DNA of 64,000 nucleotides. Source: Oceanispirochaeta sp. GTDB taxonomy: Bacteria; Spirochaetota; Spirochaetia; DSM-2461. The stretch's first letter is position 1. Each line of letters begins with the position of its first letter. The notes beneath the pieces are model-generated. The model was given only the letters and a program-made list of their open reading frames with translations. It made no database searches and was not told where the DNA came from. Made by a program: the position numbers and the translations under genes. Positions 18,219-28,440 of this stretch are shown one piece after another. The DNA lies in NCBI GenBank assembly GCA_963666275.2, contig CAXXOA010000002.1, forward strand, positions 1,280,001 to 1,344,000, read 5' to 3'.

Positions 18219-19739
18219 ATGGGCAAGGGATTACTGCTGGGGGTGGATATCGGTACCCAGGGAGTCAAGAGTTCTCTATTTGATCTGGACGGCAATTGTC
18301 TGTCCTCGGGGTTTATTGCTTCAAAACTGTATCAGCCGGAACCGGGGATTACAGAAGAAGATCCGGAGTTTCAGCTCGATTCGGTCTGCCGTTCTATCTC
18401 TTCCTGTCTGGAGGATGCTTCCGGTGTGAACCCGGAGGATCTCAAGTGTCTGGCCATAGACGGGCAGATGGCGGGAGTGATCGGAGTAGGAAAGGATGGA
18501 ATGAATGTGACTCCCTACGACTCCTGGCTGGATACCCGCTGTGCTCCCTATATACAACTGATGGAAGAGAAGGCCGGCGAAGAGATCATCCGCAAAACCG
18601 GTAATCCTCCGAGCTTTAATCATGGCCCGAAGATCCTCTGGTGGAAGCATGAGAGACCGGAGGTATACAAAAAAATTGCAGGCTTTGTTCAGCCGGCGGG
18701 TTATGCGGCCATGCGTCTGTGCGGGCTGAAAGGAAAGGATGCTTTCATTGATACAACCTATCTGCATTTTTCAGGCTTTGCGGATAACAGGAACAGTACC
18801 TGGGACAAAGGCCTTTTAAATCTTTTCGGGATCAGTGAAGAGATACTCCCCCGAATCGTCTCTCCGTCAGATATTATCGGACATCTTACGGATGAAATGG
18901 CAGCCCGGTGCGGACTTGCCGGACCGGTTCCGGTCGCCGCAGGCTGCGGGGATACGGCCGCGTCATTTCTCTCCTGCGGTGCGGTCGAGCCGGGTATCTG
19001 TGTTGACGTGGCCGGAACAGCCAGCGTCTTTGCGGCAACAACAGACGAGTTCTGCTGTGATACCGATACCAGGGTCATGGGCTGCGGGGCTTCCGTGACC
19101 GAAGGGCTCTGGCACCCCTATGCCTATATCAACGGCGGCGGGATGAATATCGAGTGGTTCCTCTCTGAAGTGATGGGGAGGGACCGGGGTGACAGGGACA
19201 GGTTTGAAGGCATGGAAAAGGACTCTCTGGAACCCCGGGACAGTGATCCTGTTTTCATTCCCCATATGGCCGGACGTGTCAGTCCCAGTCAGCCCTCGCT
19301 GAAAGGAACTTTTGCCGGTCTCAGCTGGAATCATACCCGGCAGGACATGTTCATGGCCATTATGGAGAGTGTCGCCCTTGAGTACGGGGTATACAGAAAG
19401 TCTCTTATGGGAATGTACGATGATTTGAGCCTTACAGAGCTGAGAATTACAGGTGGTGGAGAAAACAGCAGGATCTGGAAAGAGATGAAGGCGGGAGTTC
19501 TCCAGGTTCCGGTTGTGTCCATTGAACAGAATTTTGGAGCCCCCATGGGCGCTGCTATTGTCGCCGGAATTGCTTCGGGAGTTTTCTCATCCACCCTGGA
19601 GGCTGCAGGAAAGTGGATCAATACGAAAGATTCTGTTTTCTGCCATTCCAGGCTGTATGGACATTTTGAGAACCGTGTCGGCCGGTATGAATCTCTGCTG
19701 ACCCATATGAATCGCTACTATACAGGAGCGGAAGAGTGA
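18219..19739 (+). CDS. FGGY-family carbohydrate kinase (xylulokinase-like)
   Basis: GVDIGTQG, WLDTR, GCGD, AGTAS, ITGGG. Confidence 0.9.
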   Translation: MGKGLLLGVDIGTQGVKSSLFDLDGNCLSSGFIASKLYQPEPGITEEDPEFQLDSVCRSISSCLEDASGVNPEDLKCLAIDGQMAGVIGVGKDGMNVTPYDSWLDTRCAPYIQLMEEKAGEEIIRKTGNPPSFNHGPKILWWKHERPEVYKKIAGFVQPAGYAAMRLCGLKGKDAFIDTTYLHFSGFADNRNSTWDKGLLNLFGISEEILPRIVSPSDIIGHLTDEMAARCGLAGPVPVAAGCGDTAASFLSCGAVEPGICVDVAGTASVFAATTDEFCCDTDTRVMGCGASVTEGLWHPYAYINGGGMNIEWFLSEVMGRDRGDRDRFEGMEKDSLEPRDSDPVFIPHMAGRVSPSQPSLKGTFAGLSWNHTRQDMFMAIMESVALEYGVYRKSLMGMYDDLSLTELRITGGGENSRIWKEMKAGVLQVPVVSIEQNFGAPMGAAIVAGIASGVFSSTLEAAGKWINTKDSVFCHSRLYGHFENRVGRYESLLTHMNRYYTGAEE

Positions 19740-20596
19740 AAAAGAGTATTTCTCTTTCCCAAGAGAACATAGATATCTCCGCCTATGGGAGCTGGCAGGG
19801 GCAGGGGGTGGCTCTCTGGTGGCTGGGGCAGGCAGGTTTTCTTATCTGTTCAGGCAATCTGAAGATTCTTGTGGATGCCTACCTGTCCGATGCCCTTGCC
19901 GAAAAATACAGGGGGCAAATGTTTCCGCACATAAGGATGATGGCTCCTCCGCTTTCCATGGAATCTCTGGATGATATCGATTTCTGTATAAGTTCTCACG
20001 CCCATTCGGACCACCTTGATCCGGGACTGCTGCCGGTTTTAAGCAGAGTCAGTCCTGCCTGTCGATTTATTGTGCCCGAAGCGGCACTTTCCACAGCCCT
20101 TGAAAGAGGGGTCCCCGGGGATCGCCTGATTGGTATGGATGCAGGATCTTTTCTCTCCCTGGGAGACAATGCGGAGATCCGGGCTGTCCCGGCTGCTCAT
20201 GAGGAGCTGCTACTTGATGATGGGGGGAGACATTTCTTTCTGGGTTATATTCTGGAACTGGGAGATTTCAGGATCTATCATCCCGGAGACTGCATTCCCT
20301 ACGACGGACTTGATCAATGGCTGGAAAACCGAAATATAGATCTGGCTCTTATGCCTGTAAACGGACGAAGGGAAGATCTCAGTAGCCGGGGGATTGCAGG
20401 GAATTTCTCTCTGGAGGAAGCCTATCAAATAGTTCTGGACCATGATATAACTTATCTGATCCCCCACCATTACGGTATGTTTGATTTCAACACGCTGTCC
20501 AGGGAAAAACTTGATGAGTTCATACAGGTCAGGAATACGGGCCAGCGTGTTCATCCCGCCGAAACAGGGGTAATGTACAACCTAATCAGGATTTAA
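19736..20596 (+). CDS. MBL-fold metallohydrolase (UlaG/L-ascorbate-6-P lactonase-like)
   Basis: WLGQAGF, SHAHSDHLD, YHPGD, PVNG, IPHHYGMF. Confidence 0.85.
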   Translation: MKKSISLSQENIDISAYGSWQGQGVALWWLGQAGFLICSGNLKILVDAYLSDALAEKYRGQMFPHIRMMAPPLSMESLDDIDFCISSHAHSDHLDPGLLPVLSRVSPACRFIVPEAALSTALERGVPGDRLIGMDAGSFLSLGDNAEIRAVPAAHEELLLDDGGRHFFLGYILELGDFRIYHPGDCIPYDGLDQWLENRNIDLALMPVNGRREDLSSRGIAGNFSLEEAYQIVLDHDITYLIPHHYGMFDFNTLSREKLDEFIQVRNTGQRVHPAETGVMYNLIRI

Positions 20597-20598
20597 CT

Positions 20599-21399
20599 AT
20601 GAGTAACCAGAATGGAACAACCCTCTTTGCGGAGGAGCGGAAAAAAAGGATCGTAGAGTATATCAATGAAAAAAGAAGGGTGACCGTACCCGAACTCTGT
20701 TCCGCGTTTTCCGTTTCCGGTGCCACCATGAGAAATGATCTTCGCGAACTGGGAGAAACCGGTCTTATCACCCGTACCCATGGCGGGGCTATAAGAAAAT
20801 CCCGTACAGGATACGAACCTGTGATGGATATCCGTTCCGAAAAGAATCTGGATGCCAAAAAACTGATAGCCCTGGCTGCCCTGGGTGAAGTGGAGGATGG
20901 AGATACCATCATTCTGGATACAGGAACCACTGTGAAGGAACTGGCCGGACTTCTGGGGGAGAAAAAGAACCTGACTGTTGTTACCAACGATATAAAGGTA
21001 GCGGCGCTCCTGGAGGAATTCTCTTCCTGCGAGGTGCTTGTTATCGGTGGATTGCTCAGAAAGGGGTTTCACTGCACTGTGGGGTATAGAATGTTTACCA
21101 GCCTTGAATCCCTTTCGGTGGATAAGGCCTTTCTGGGGGCAAACTCCTTTTCTGCAGGGAAAGGCGCCAGCACTCCTGATATTTCCCAGTCCGAAATCAA
21201 GCAGCATATGATTAAGATCGCCGCAAAAGTTATTATTCTCTGCGATCAGACCAAGCTTGAAACCGATTCTTTCATCAATTTTGCCTCACCTGAGCAGGTG
21301 GATCTGCTTGTCACCGATTCTATTTCAGAAGACTTGCGGAAGCTCTATGAAGATCTTGATATCAATGTCCTCAGTGCTGAGAATACCAGTAAACAGTGA
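20599..21399 (+). CDS. DeoR/GlpR family transcriptional regulator
   Basis: VSGATMRNDL..L...RTHGGA HTH; ILDTGTT, VVTN sensor domain. Confidence 0.93.
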   Translation: MSNQNGTTLFAEERKKRIVEYINEKRRVTVPELCSAFSVSGATMRNDLRELGETGLITRTHGGAIRKSRTGYEPVMDIRSEKNLDAKKLIALAALGEVEDGDTIILDTGTTVKELAGLLGEKKNLTVVTNDIKVAALLEEFSSCEVLVIGGLLRKGFHCTVGYRMFTSLESLSVDKAFLGANSFSAGKGASTPDISQSEIKQHMIKIAAKVIILCDQTKLETDSFINFASPEQVDLLVTDSISEDLRKLYEDLDINVLSAENTSKQ

Positions 21400-21516
21400 T
21401 AATGAGCTGAAATCATCTTTTCCTCCCCTATAGGTCGGGACTCCCTTCCATTCTCCAGCGTTGAAGTTTCTCAGAGCCTATGATATCGTTGTAGATATTT
21501 TTGAAAGGATAGAGAA

Positions 21517-21534
21517 AACCTAAACGTTTTAGAT
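21517..21534 (+). promoter_or_regulatory. LacI-type operator upstream of lacI-family gene (autoregulation)
   Basis: AACCTAAACGTTTTAGAT, matches the two sites at 22601 and 22620. Confidence 0.7.
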
Positions 21535-21539
21535 TTGAT

Positions 21540-22547
21540 ATGGCCAATTTGAAAGATGTTGCTAAACTAGCCGGTGTTTCCGTCGCTACTGCCTCACAGG
21601 CGCTAAACGGAAAAAGTGTGAATGAAAAAACCCGGCAGAAAGTTCTCGAATGCGCGGACAAGCTGAATTACGTCCCCAACCGGGGGGGCAGGACCCTTAT
21701 CACCGGGAAGAGTAATTCTATCCTTCTGGTCATTATCAATTCCACCAAATATACGGATCTTATCAAGGAAAATACCTTTTTCTATAACTATATGATGGGC
21801 ATCCTGACGGAAGTGCAGAAAAGGGATTACAACTTTCATCTGGAAGTGAAAAGCTGGGATGATCCGGAGCTTCTGTCCTTTTTTCGAAACCGCTGCCGTG
21901 ACAGGTCTTCTGATGGTATGATTATCATTCCCCAGTATATCAGGTCCTATGGATTCCTTCCGTTTATAGAAAAATTCCCCCATGTGGTGCTGAACCCCTG
22001 TATTCAGGATCCCAAAATGAATTTTGTTATGGTTGAGCATGACTATGGCGGTCAGATTGTGGCAGATCTTGTTATGGAGAAAGGTTTTAAGAATATCGGA
22101 GTTATTCATGGTCCTCAGGATCATTTTGATGCGGAGTGCAGAAAGGAAGGTTTTATGAACCGCCTGATGAGCCGCGGGATATTCCTCCCCGAAGATAGGC
22201 AGTTCTATAGTGATTTCACTATAATGAGCGGCTATGAGGGAGCCGCGAAAATCCTGACAGCCAACCCCGATCTGGATGTTCTTGTCTGCTGTAACGATTT
22301 TGTCGCCTCCGGAGCAATCAAATACGCCTGGTATGCCGGATTGAATGTTCCCGGGGATCTTGCTGTCATCGGCTATGATAACGTGGATATCTCCCGGGCG
22401 GTGACTCCCGGAATAACAACCGTTGATGCCAGACTTCAGGAAGTCGGCGGAGCCATGGCAAGACTGCTGTTCAGGCAGATCGAAGAGGGGGAGACTCATC
22501 TGAGAGAGTATATCCGCCCCGAACTGGTTCTCCGGGAATCTGTATAA
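21540..22547 (+). CDS. LacI family transcriptional regulator
   Basis: LKDVAKLAGVSVATASQAL, YVPN, NDFVA, GYDN, ITTV. Confidence 0.94.
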   Translation: MANLKDVAKLAGVSVATASQALNGKSVNEKTRQKVLECADKLNYVPNRGGRTLITGKSNSILLVIINSTKYTDLIKENTFFYNYMMGILTEVQKRDYNFHLEVKSWDDPELLSFFRNRCRDRSSDGMIIIPQYIRSYGFLPFIEKFPHVVLNPCIQDPKMNFVMVEHDYGGQIVADLVMEKGFKNIGVIHGPQDHFDAECRKEGFMNRLMSRGIFLPEDRQFYSDFTIMSGYEGAAKILTANPDLDVLVCCNDFVASGAIKYAWYAGLNVPGDLAVIGYDNVDISRAVTPGITTVDARLQEVGGAMARLLFRQIEEGETHLREYIRPELVLRESV

Positions 22548-22569
22548 TCCCCTGTATCTGAATTAATTC

Positions 22570-22637
22570 TTGACAAACAGAGAGGCTGTGCTATTATAAA
22601 ATCTGAAACGTTTTAGATTATCTGAAACGATTCAGAT
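22570..22637 (+). promoter_or_regulatory. Promoter plus tandem LacI operators
   Basis: TTGACA 22570-22575, TGnTATTAT 22589-22597; ATCTGAAACGTTTTAGAT 22601-22618 and ATCTGAAACGATTCAGAT 22620-22637. Confidence 0.8.
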
Positions 22638-22665
22638 AAAGGACTGTTTTTAAAAGGAGAAACCG

Positions 22666-23541
22666 ATGAAAATAGGAATTGACAGCTACTGTTTCCACCG
22701 TCTTTTCGGGGAAGTGTACGATGATCAGAAAGCCCCTTCCAACAAAATATCCCTCGAGTGGTTTATAAAACGGGCCCATGAACTGGGTGTGGACGGAGTC
22801 TCTCTGGAGTCCTGCTTCATTCCCCGCTTTGACGGCAGCTATCTCAGTGAGATCAGGGGAATGCTTGATGAATACGGAATGGACCGTGTGTATGCCTGGG
22901 GGCATCCCGACGGACTGGAAGGCGGAGGTAATGAAGCCGCCTGGGATGACATGATGAAGCATATGGAGTACGCCGAGGCGATCGGAGCCGATGTTATGAG
23001 GGTCTGCGGTTCGAGCCTGATGTTCCGCTTCGGAGATCATGAAAAGCAGCTGGAACTCCTGACTAGGATGTTTCAGAATGCCATGCCTGCAGCCGTATCA
23101 AAAGGGATTAAAATTGCGGATGAAAATCATATTGATTACAACTCGGATGAAATGCTCCGTCTGATCCATCAGGTCAACTCTCCCAACTTTGGAATCAACT
23201 TTGATACAGGGAATTTCATGAGAGTCCTGGACGACCCGGTGGAGGGCATGAAAAAGCTGGCACCCTATGTTTTTTCCACCCATATCAAAGACCTCAAACC
23301 CCAGGCGAACTGCGGTGTGGGCAGCTGGCATTTCTTTGCCTGTACGCCCACCGGTGAAGGGCTTGTGGACAATCTGGCTCTGGCGAGGATGCTGAAAGAT
23401 GTGGACTACAAGGGGTTCCTGGCTATGGAAATTGATTATCTGCATGAGGACTTCAGAAACAACTGGTCTGATGATGATGAAGATAAGGCTGTTGCTGCCT
23501 CTGTCGCGGAATTGAAAAGGATTGTAAAGGAAGTCGGCTGA
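22666..23541 (+). CDS. Sugar phosphate isomerase/epimerase (xylose-isomerase-like TIM barrel)
   Basis: ENH, NFDTGN, THIKD, AME metal-ligand motifs. Confidence 0.88.
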   Translation: MKIGIDSYCFHRLFGEVYDDQKAPSNKISLEWFIKRAHELGVDGVSLESCFIPRFDGSYLSEIRGMLDEYGMDRVYAWGHPDGLEGGGNEAAWDDMMKHMEYAEAIGADVMRVCGSSLMFRFGDHEKQLELLTRMFQNAMPAAVSKGIKIADENHIDYNSDEMLRLIHQVNSPNFGINFDTGNFMRVLDDPVEGMKKLAPYVFSTHIKDLKPQANCGVGSWHFFACTPTGEGLVDNLALARMLKDVDYKGFLAMEIDYLHEDFRNNWSDDDEDKAVAASVAELKRIVKEVG

Positions 23542-23602
23542 TCTCTGTTCTCAGGAAAAGTCAGACACTTTTCCGGACTTCAGCAATACCAAAGGATAAG
23601 AT

Positions 23603-24757
23603 ATGAAAAAATTGAATATAGCCCTTATCGGCTACAAGTTTATGGGGAAGGCCCATAGCAATGCCTGGAAAAAAGCGCCGTTATTTTTTGATATGGAAAC
23701 AGTTCCGGTGCTGAAGGTCGTTTGCGGTCGTCACAAAGAGCCTCTGCAGGAGTTCGCCGACAGGTGGGGTTGGGAAGAGGTTGAAACCGACTGGCGGAAA
23801 GTAATTGCCCGGGATGATATCGATGTGGTTGATATTTCCGTCCCCCAGCACCTTCACTACGAAATAGCAAAAGAGGCTGTAAAAGCGGGAAAGCATGTTT
23901 TTTTGGAAAAACCTATGGCCATGAATACTGAACAGGCCCGGGAATTGTATGAACTGGTAAGGAATGCCAACATCACTCACTACGTCAATCATAATTACAG
24001 ACGCTGCCCTGCCGTGAGGCTGGCAAAAAAACTGATCGATGAAGGGAAAATCGGACAGATCTTTCACTGGAGAGGAGCCTACCTCCAGGACTGGATTGTA
24101 GATCCCGAGTTCCCTCTGACCTGGCATCTGAAAAAGGAAACAGCGGGCATGGGACCCCAGGGGGATCTCAACTCTCACAGTGTTGACCTGGCAAGATATC
24201 TGGTTGGAGAAATCTCCTCTGTGAGCTGCATGACCACCAATTTTATCAAAGAGCGGACTCTGCCGGATGAAGAAGCTTCGGGAACCTTCAACGGAAAATC
24301 CGCCGGAACCGCCAAAGGGGAAGTCACCGTGGAGGATGCAGCTTTCATGATCTGCAGATTCGAAAACGGAGCCCTCGGTTCCTTTGAGACAACCCGCTTC
24401 GCTCCGGGAAGAAAAAATTATAACTACTTTGAGATCTACGGAAGCAAGGGGAGCCTGATTTTCGATCTGGAACGGATGAATGAGCTTCAGTATTTCAACA
24501 GGGAAGATCCTGCAGGAGAGCAGGGGTTCCGTACGATCATGGCCACCGAAGCCGAACATGATTACATTGCCAACTGGTGGCCCCCCGGACATATCATCGG
24601 TTATGAACATGAATTCGTCCATGCGGTTGTGGATTTCTGCGAAGCCGTCCGGACAGGACGGGAAATCAGGCCGAACTTCTATGACGGATTAAAAGAGATG
24701 CAGGTCCTTGAGGCAGGCCTGGATTCTGCCGAGAAAGGCCGGGAAATTTCAATCTGA
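23603..24757 (+). CDS. Gfo/Idh/MocA oxidoreductase (levoglucosan-dehydrogenase-like subgroup)
   Basis: GYKFMGKAHS, LEKP, NYRRCPA, YLQDW, GDLNSHSVD, WWPPGH. Confidence 0.9.
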   Translation: MKKLNIALIGYKFMGKAHSNAWKKAPLFFDMETVPVLKVVCGRHKEPLQEFADRWGWEEVETDWRKVIARDDIDVVDISVPQHLHYEIAKEAVKAGKHVFLEKPMAMNTEQARELYELVRNANITHYVNHNYRRCPAVRLAKKLIDEGKIGQIFHWRGAYLQDWIVDPEFPLTWHLKKETAGMGPQGDLNSHSVDLARYLVGEISSVSCMTTNFIKERTLPDEEASGTFNGKSAGTAKGEVTVEDAAFMICRFENGALGSFETTRFAPGRKNYNYFEIYGSKGSLIFDLERMNELQYFNREDPAGEQGFRTIMATEAEHDYIANWWPPGHIIGYEHEFVHAVVDFCEAVRTGREIRPNFYDGLKEMQVLEAGLDSAEKGREISI

Positions 24758-24825
24758 TAGTATCTGCCCCTGGCGGTTCCCTGCCCTGAGGAGGGAGCCG
24801 CCTATAATTCATTAAGGACAAAGTC

Positions 24826-25806
24826 GTGAACAGAGTAAACAAAGGCGCCCTCACTATGGAGCGTCTGAAACAGGGGCCTATCCCGCTGGGACTCTATGGT
24901 GCCCTCGGCGGGATTGTTGTCATTGCGATAATCATCAATATGACCATAGGCGTGAATTTTTTTAATCCCGGAAATCTATTGAATGTGGGACGGAACTATT
25001 CCATGGTGGCCATTGCCGCTATGGGGCAGACATTTGTTATTATTTCGGGAGGTCTGGATCTCTCTGTGGGAGCCGTCATTTCCACATCCAATGTTGTAGC
25101 CGCCACCTATATGGTTTCCAACAGCATGATTTTCCCGGTTCTGCTTCTCTGCCTGCTTCTGGGAACCCTTGCGGGACTTATCAACGGATACCTTGTAACT
25201 AAGCGGAATGTTCCGCCCTTTATAGCCACCCTGGGGGTCTCCATAATCATAAACGGGCTCCGTCTTATCTGGACCAATGGAATGCCCAGAGGGTCTATTC
25301 CTGACGGCCTCAAAGCCTTCAGTACAGGGAACAGCCTCGGTGTTTTTCCCAATCTGTTTCTGCTGTTTCTGGTTCTGGGAGTGATTTATTCGGTTATCCT
25401 GGGGCGTTCGGGATACGGGCGGCGACTCTATGCGATCGGTAACAATAAGAGGGTCGCCTACCTCAGCGGGGTCAGGACAGACAGGGAAGTTATCATTGCT
25501 TATGTGATCTGCTCAACAGCCGCGGCGGTGGTGGGAATCCTTCTGGGCGGATATACGGGACTTTCTGATAACTGGGTCGGAAAAGGATATGATCTGGATT
25601 CCATTGCCTATGCGGTTCTGGGCGGAGCTGTTATCGGGGGTGGTTCGGGCACCATACAGGGAACCATGCTGGGGGGCTTCATAATGCTTATGATTACCAA
25701 CCTGGTCCTGCTGGCGAGTATGCCCCTGGAAAGCCAGCTTATCATTCGGGGCCTGGTCATTATTGTTGCGCTTTACCTGTCGAACAGGAAGAGGAATACA
25801 GCCTGA
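24826..25806 (+). CDS. Sugar ABC transporter permease (CUT2/RbsC type)
   Basis: SGGLDLSVG, PPFIATLG, YAIGNN..AYLSG, YDLDSIA; GTG start after AAGGA. Confidence 0.92.
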   Translation: MNRVNKGALTMERLKQGPIPLGLYGALGGIVVIAIIINMTIGVNFFNPGNLLNVGRNYSMVAIAAMGQTFVIISGGLDLSVGAVISTSNVVAATYMVSNSMIFPVLLLCLLLGTLAGLINGYLVTKRNVPPFIATLGVSIIINGLRLIWTNGMPRGSIPDGLKAFSTGNSLGVFPNLFLLFLVLGVIYSVILGRSGYGRRLYAIGNNKRVAYLSGVRTDREVIIAYVICSTAAAVVGILLGGYTGLSDNWVGKGYDLDSIAYAVLGGAVIGGGSGTIQGTMLGGFIMLMITNLVLLASMPLESQLIIRGLVIIVALYLSNRKRNTA

Positions 25807-25833
25807 GTTCAGGCAAAAAGAAGGAGAAAAGTT

Positions 25834-26853
25834 ATGCGTAATCTTAAAAGGATGGTAGGGGTTCTTCTGATGATGCTGTGTGCTGCAGCCGTTTTCGGAG
25901 AAGGACAGAAAGACGGCGGGCAGGCCGCCCCGAAGACAGATGACATTGTTGTCGGCTTCAGCTGCGCCGGGATGGGAAATTCCTGGAGGATGTTCATGAA
26001 AGCCAATTTCGATGCGGAAGTGGCAAAACACCCCGAAATTTCAAAAGTCTATTTTACCAATGCCGATGAAAAGCCGGAGAAACAGGCTGCCGATATAAGC
26101 GATCTGCTGGCCAAGGGGGTGGATCTTCTGATCATACAGCCTTCCATCGGCGCTGCCATAGTTCCGGCAGTGGAGGAAGCCTACAATACGGGAATTCCCG
26201 TTATTGTATTTGACGGAACAGTTCCCACAGACAATATTACCGCCTATGTAGGACAGGATATGAAGAAACTGGGAGCCCATTATGCGGAAGCCCTGATCGA
26301 TATGATGGGCGAAGAAGGCAAGATTGTTCTTATGAGCGGAATTGCCGGTCAGATGTCTGTGGAATTGAGGCTTGAAGGGGCCAAAGAAGTTTTTGCCAGA
26401 TATCCCGGGATTGAAATTCTGGGAACCCAGTATACAGGCTGGTCCATTCCAAAGGCCAAGGAGATTATGCAGGGCTTCCTTCAGGCCTATCCCGAGATCG
26501 ACGGTATCTGGGCCGATTCAGGGCTGATGTCCTTTCCGGCTCTTGAAACCATGAAGGAAGCGGGTCGGCCTCTGGTTCCCACCACGGGAGACCATCTTAA
26601 CGGTTATGCGAAATTCCTGGTGGCCAACGATGTTCCGGGATATATCGAGCCTTATTCAACAAGGCAGGGTGCCTGGGCCCTTGTGGAAGGACTCAAGGCG
26701 GTTAAGGGAGAGACTATCCCGTCTAGGATTCTCAAGGATCCCGATACCTATGATTTCGAGAAGATCAAACAGTTCGTGGATATGGAAAAGTCCGACTGGT
26801 GGTGGCTGGGTGATGATCAGATTCCGGCCGAGTTTCTGCCTGAAATTGACTAA
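25834..26853 (+). CDS. Sugar ABC transporter substrate-binding protein (RbsB-type)
   Basis: Signal peptide, QAADISDLLAKGVD, GIPVIVFD; AGGAG RBS. Confidence 0.92.
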   Translation: MRNLKRMVGVLLMMLCAAAVFGEGQKDGGQAAPKTDDIVVGFSCAGMGNSWRMFMKANFDAEVAKHPEISKVYFTNADEKPEKQAADISDLLAKGVDLLIIQPSIGAAIVPAVEEAYNTGIPVIVFDGTVPTDNITAYVGQDMKKLGAHYAEALIDMMGEEGKIVLMSGIAGQMSVELRLEGAKEVFARYPGIEILGTQYTGWSIPKAKEIMQGFLQAYPEIDGIWADSGLMSFPALETMKEAGRPLVPTTGDHLNGYAKFLVANDVPGYIEPYSTRQGAWALVEGLKAVKGETIPSRILKDPDTYDFEKIKQFVDMEKSDWWWLGDDQIPAEFLPEID

Positions 26854-26907
26854 ATAAAATATAGCCGGCCGCTTTGATACGGCCGGTTTAGACAAATGGA
26901 GATTGTT

Positions 26908-28440
26908 ATGTCCGAAATACAGCCCCTATTGGAGTTCAGGAATATTTCAAAGTCTTTTCCGGGTGTCAAAGCTCTCAATAATGTGAATATGAATTTCAGA
27001 AAAGGGGAGGTGCATGCGCTCGTGGGAGAGAACGGAGCGGGCAAATCTACGCTGATGAAGATCCTTTCCGGAGTGTATCAGCCAAGCAGTGGGCAGATTG
27101 TCTACAACGGGGAGGACGTCCAGATCAGAAATCCCCATGAAGCCCAATTGATGGGGATATCCATCATATTCCAGGAATTCAGCCTGATCAGTCATCTGGA
27201 TGTGGTTTCCAATGTATTCCTGAACAGGGAACCGGTTGGATTCGGCGGATTCAAAGATAAAAATCTGGCTAAGCGGAAGACTCTTGAACTTTTTGAGCGG
27301 ATGGGAGTCGAAGTGGATACCGGTAAATTGATTTCGGAACTGAGCGTGGTGGAGCAGCAGCTCGTGGAGATTGCCAAAGCCCTTTCGGTCACTTCCCGGG
27401 TGCTTATCATGGACGAGCCTTCCGCGCCTCTGACAGACAAGGAACTTACCAAACTTTTTGCTATCATCCGCTCCCTCAGAAAAGAAGGAGTTACGGTTAT
27501 TTACATTTCCCATATGCTTGAGGAGGTGTTTGAAATAGCCGACAAAGTCACTGTGCTGAAAGACGGAGAAGTCACCCACACCGATGACGTCGCTAATATG
27601 ACCAAAGACCTTCTGGTTCAAAAGATGGTAGGCAGGGAGATCGGCGATATTTATCCTGATCCGGGTACCCCTTTGGACAGGGCTCTTCTGGAAGTGGAAA
27701 ATCTCAGCTGTGGAAAAAAGATTCAGGACGTCAGTTTTACCCTGAGAAAGGGGGAGATCCTCGGGCTGGCCGGAATGGTCGGTTCCGGAAGGTCAGAAGT
27801 CATCAAGGCTCTGATGGGACTGTTGAAAAAAGAGGACGGCAGAATTTCAGTTAACGGGAAAGATGTTTTCAACAATACTGTCCGGGAAGCCATTGCCAAC
27901 GGTTTCTACTATATACCATCCGATAGAAAGAAAGAGGGCATCATCGCCCCGATGAATATAAAAGAGAATACGACCATTGCCAATCTGGATGCCTATCTTA
28001 AAAGAGGGCTCATTAACAGGAAAACAGAAAATTCCGCGGCGTCTCAGGAAAACAGCAGGCTCAAGACAAAAACGTCATCCATGAGTGAGCTTATAAGAAA
28101 TCTCAGCGGCGGGAATCAGCAGAAAGTCCTTCTCGCAAGAGCTCTGCTGACCAACCCGGAAATTTTCTGCATTGTCGAGCCCACCAGAGGAATCGATGTG
28201 GGAGCCAAGCACGAGATATATAAAATCCTCAGAGACCTCTGTGAAGAGGGGAACTCAGTCATAATGGTTTCCTCCGAGCTCCCGGAGGTGATCGGCATGG
28301 CCGACAGGATCCTTGTTATGAAACAGGGCCGGGTTGCCGGAATTATTGATCAGTCCGGGGGGAAGGCTACAGAGGAGCAGGTCCTCTCTCTCGCCGTGGG
28401 CCATGAATACCGCCTGCATAAGAAGGAGGGAGCAAAATGA
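26908..28440 (+). CDS. Sugar ABC transporter ATP-binding protein (RbsA/MglA type)
   Basis: GENGAGKST, MDEP, YISH, LSGGNQQKV, EPTRGID; ORF opens at 26896, ATG 26908 follows GGAG. Confidence 0.95.
   Translation: MSEIQPLLEFRNISKSFPGVKALNNVNMNFRKGEVHALVGENGAGKSTLMKILSGVYQPSSGQIVYNGEDVQIRNPHEAQLMGISIIFQEFSLISHLDVVSNVFLNREPVGFGGFKDKNLAKRKTLELFERMGVEVDTGKLISELSVVEQQLVEIAKALSVTSRVLIMDEPSAPLTDKELTKLFAIIRSLRKEGVTVIYISHMLEEVFEIADKVTVLKDGEVTHTDDVANMTKDLLVQKMVGREIGDIYPDPGTPLDRALLEVENLSCGKKIQDVSFTLRKGEILGLAGMVGSGRSEVIKALMGLLKKEDGRISVNGKDVFNNTVREAIANGFYYIPSDRKKEGIIAPMNIKENTTIANLDAYLKRGLINRKTENSAASQENSRLKTKTSSMSELIRNLSGGNQQKVLLARALLTNPEIFCIVEPTRGIDVGAKHEIYKILRDLCEEGNSVIMVSSELPEVIGMADRILVMKQGRVAGIIDQSGGKATEEQVLSLAVGHEYRLHKKEGAK

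Noticed and set aside
21603..24622. Long minus-strand ORFs 21603..22499 and 23681..24622
   Set aside because: Antisense to the LacI and Gfo genes, with no motifs or RBS
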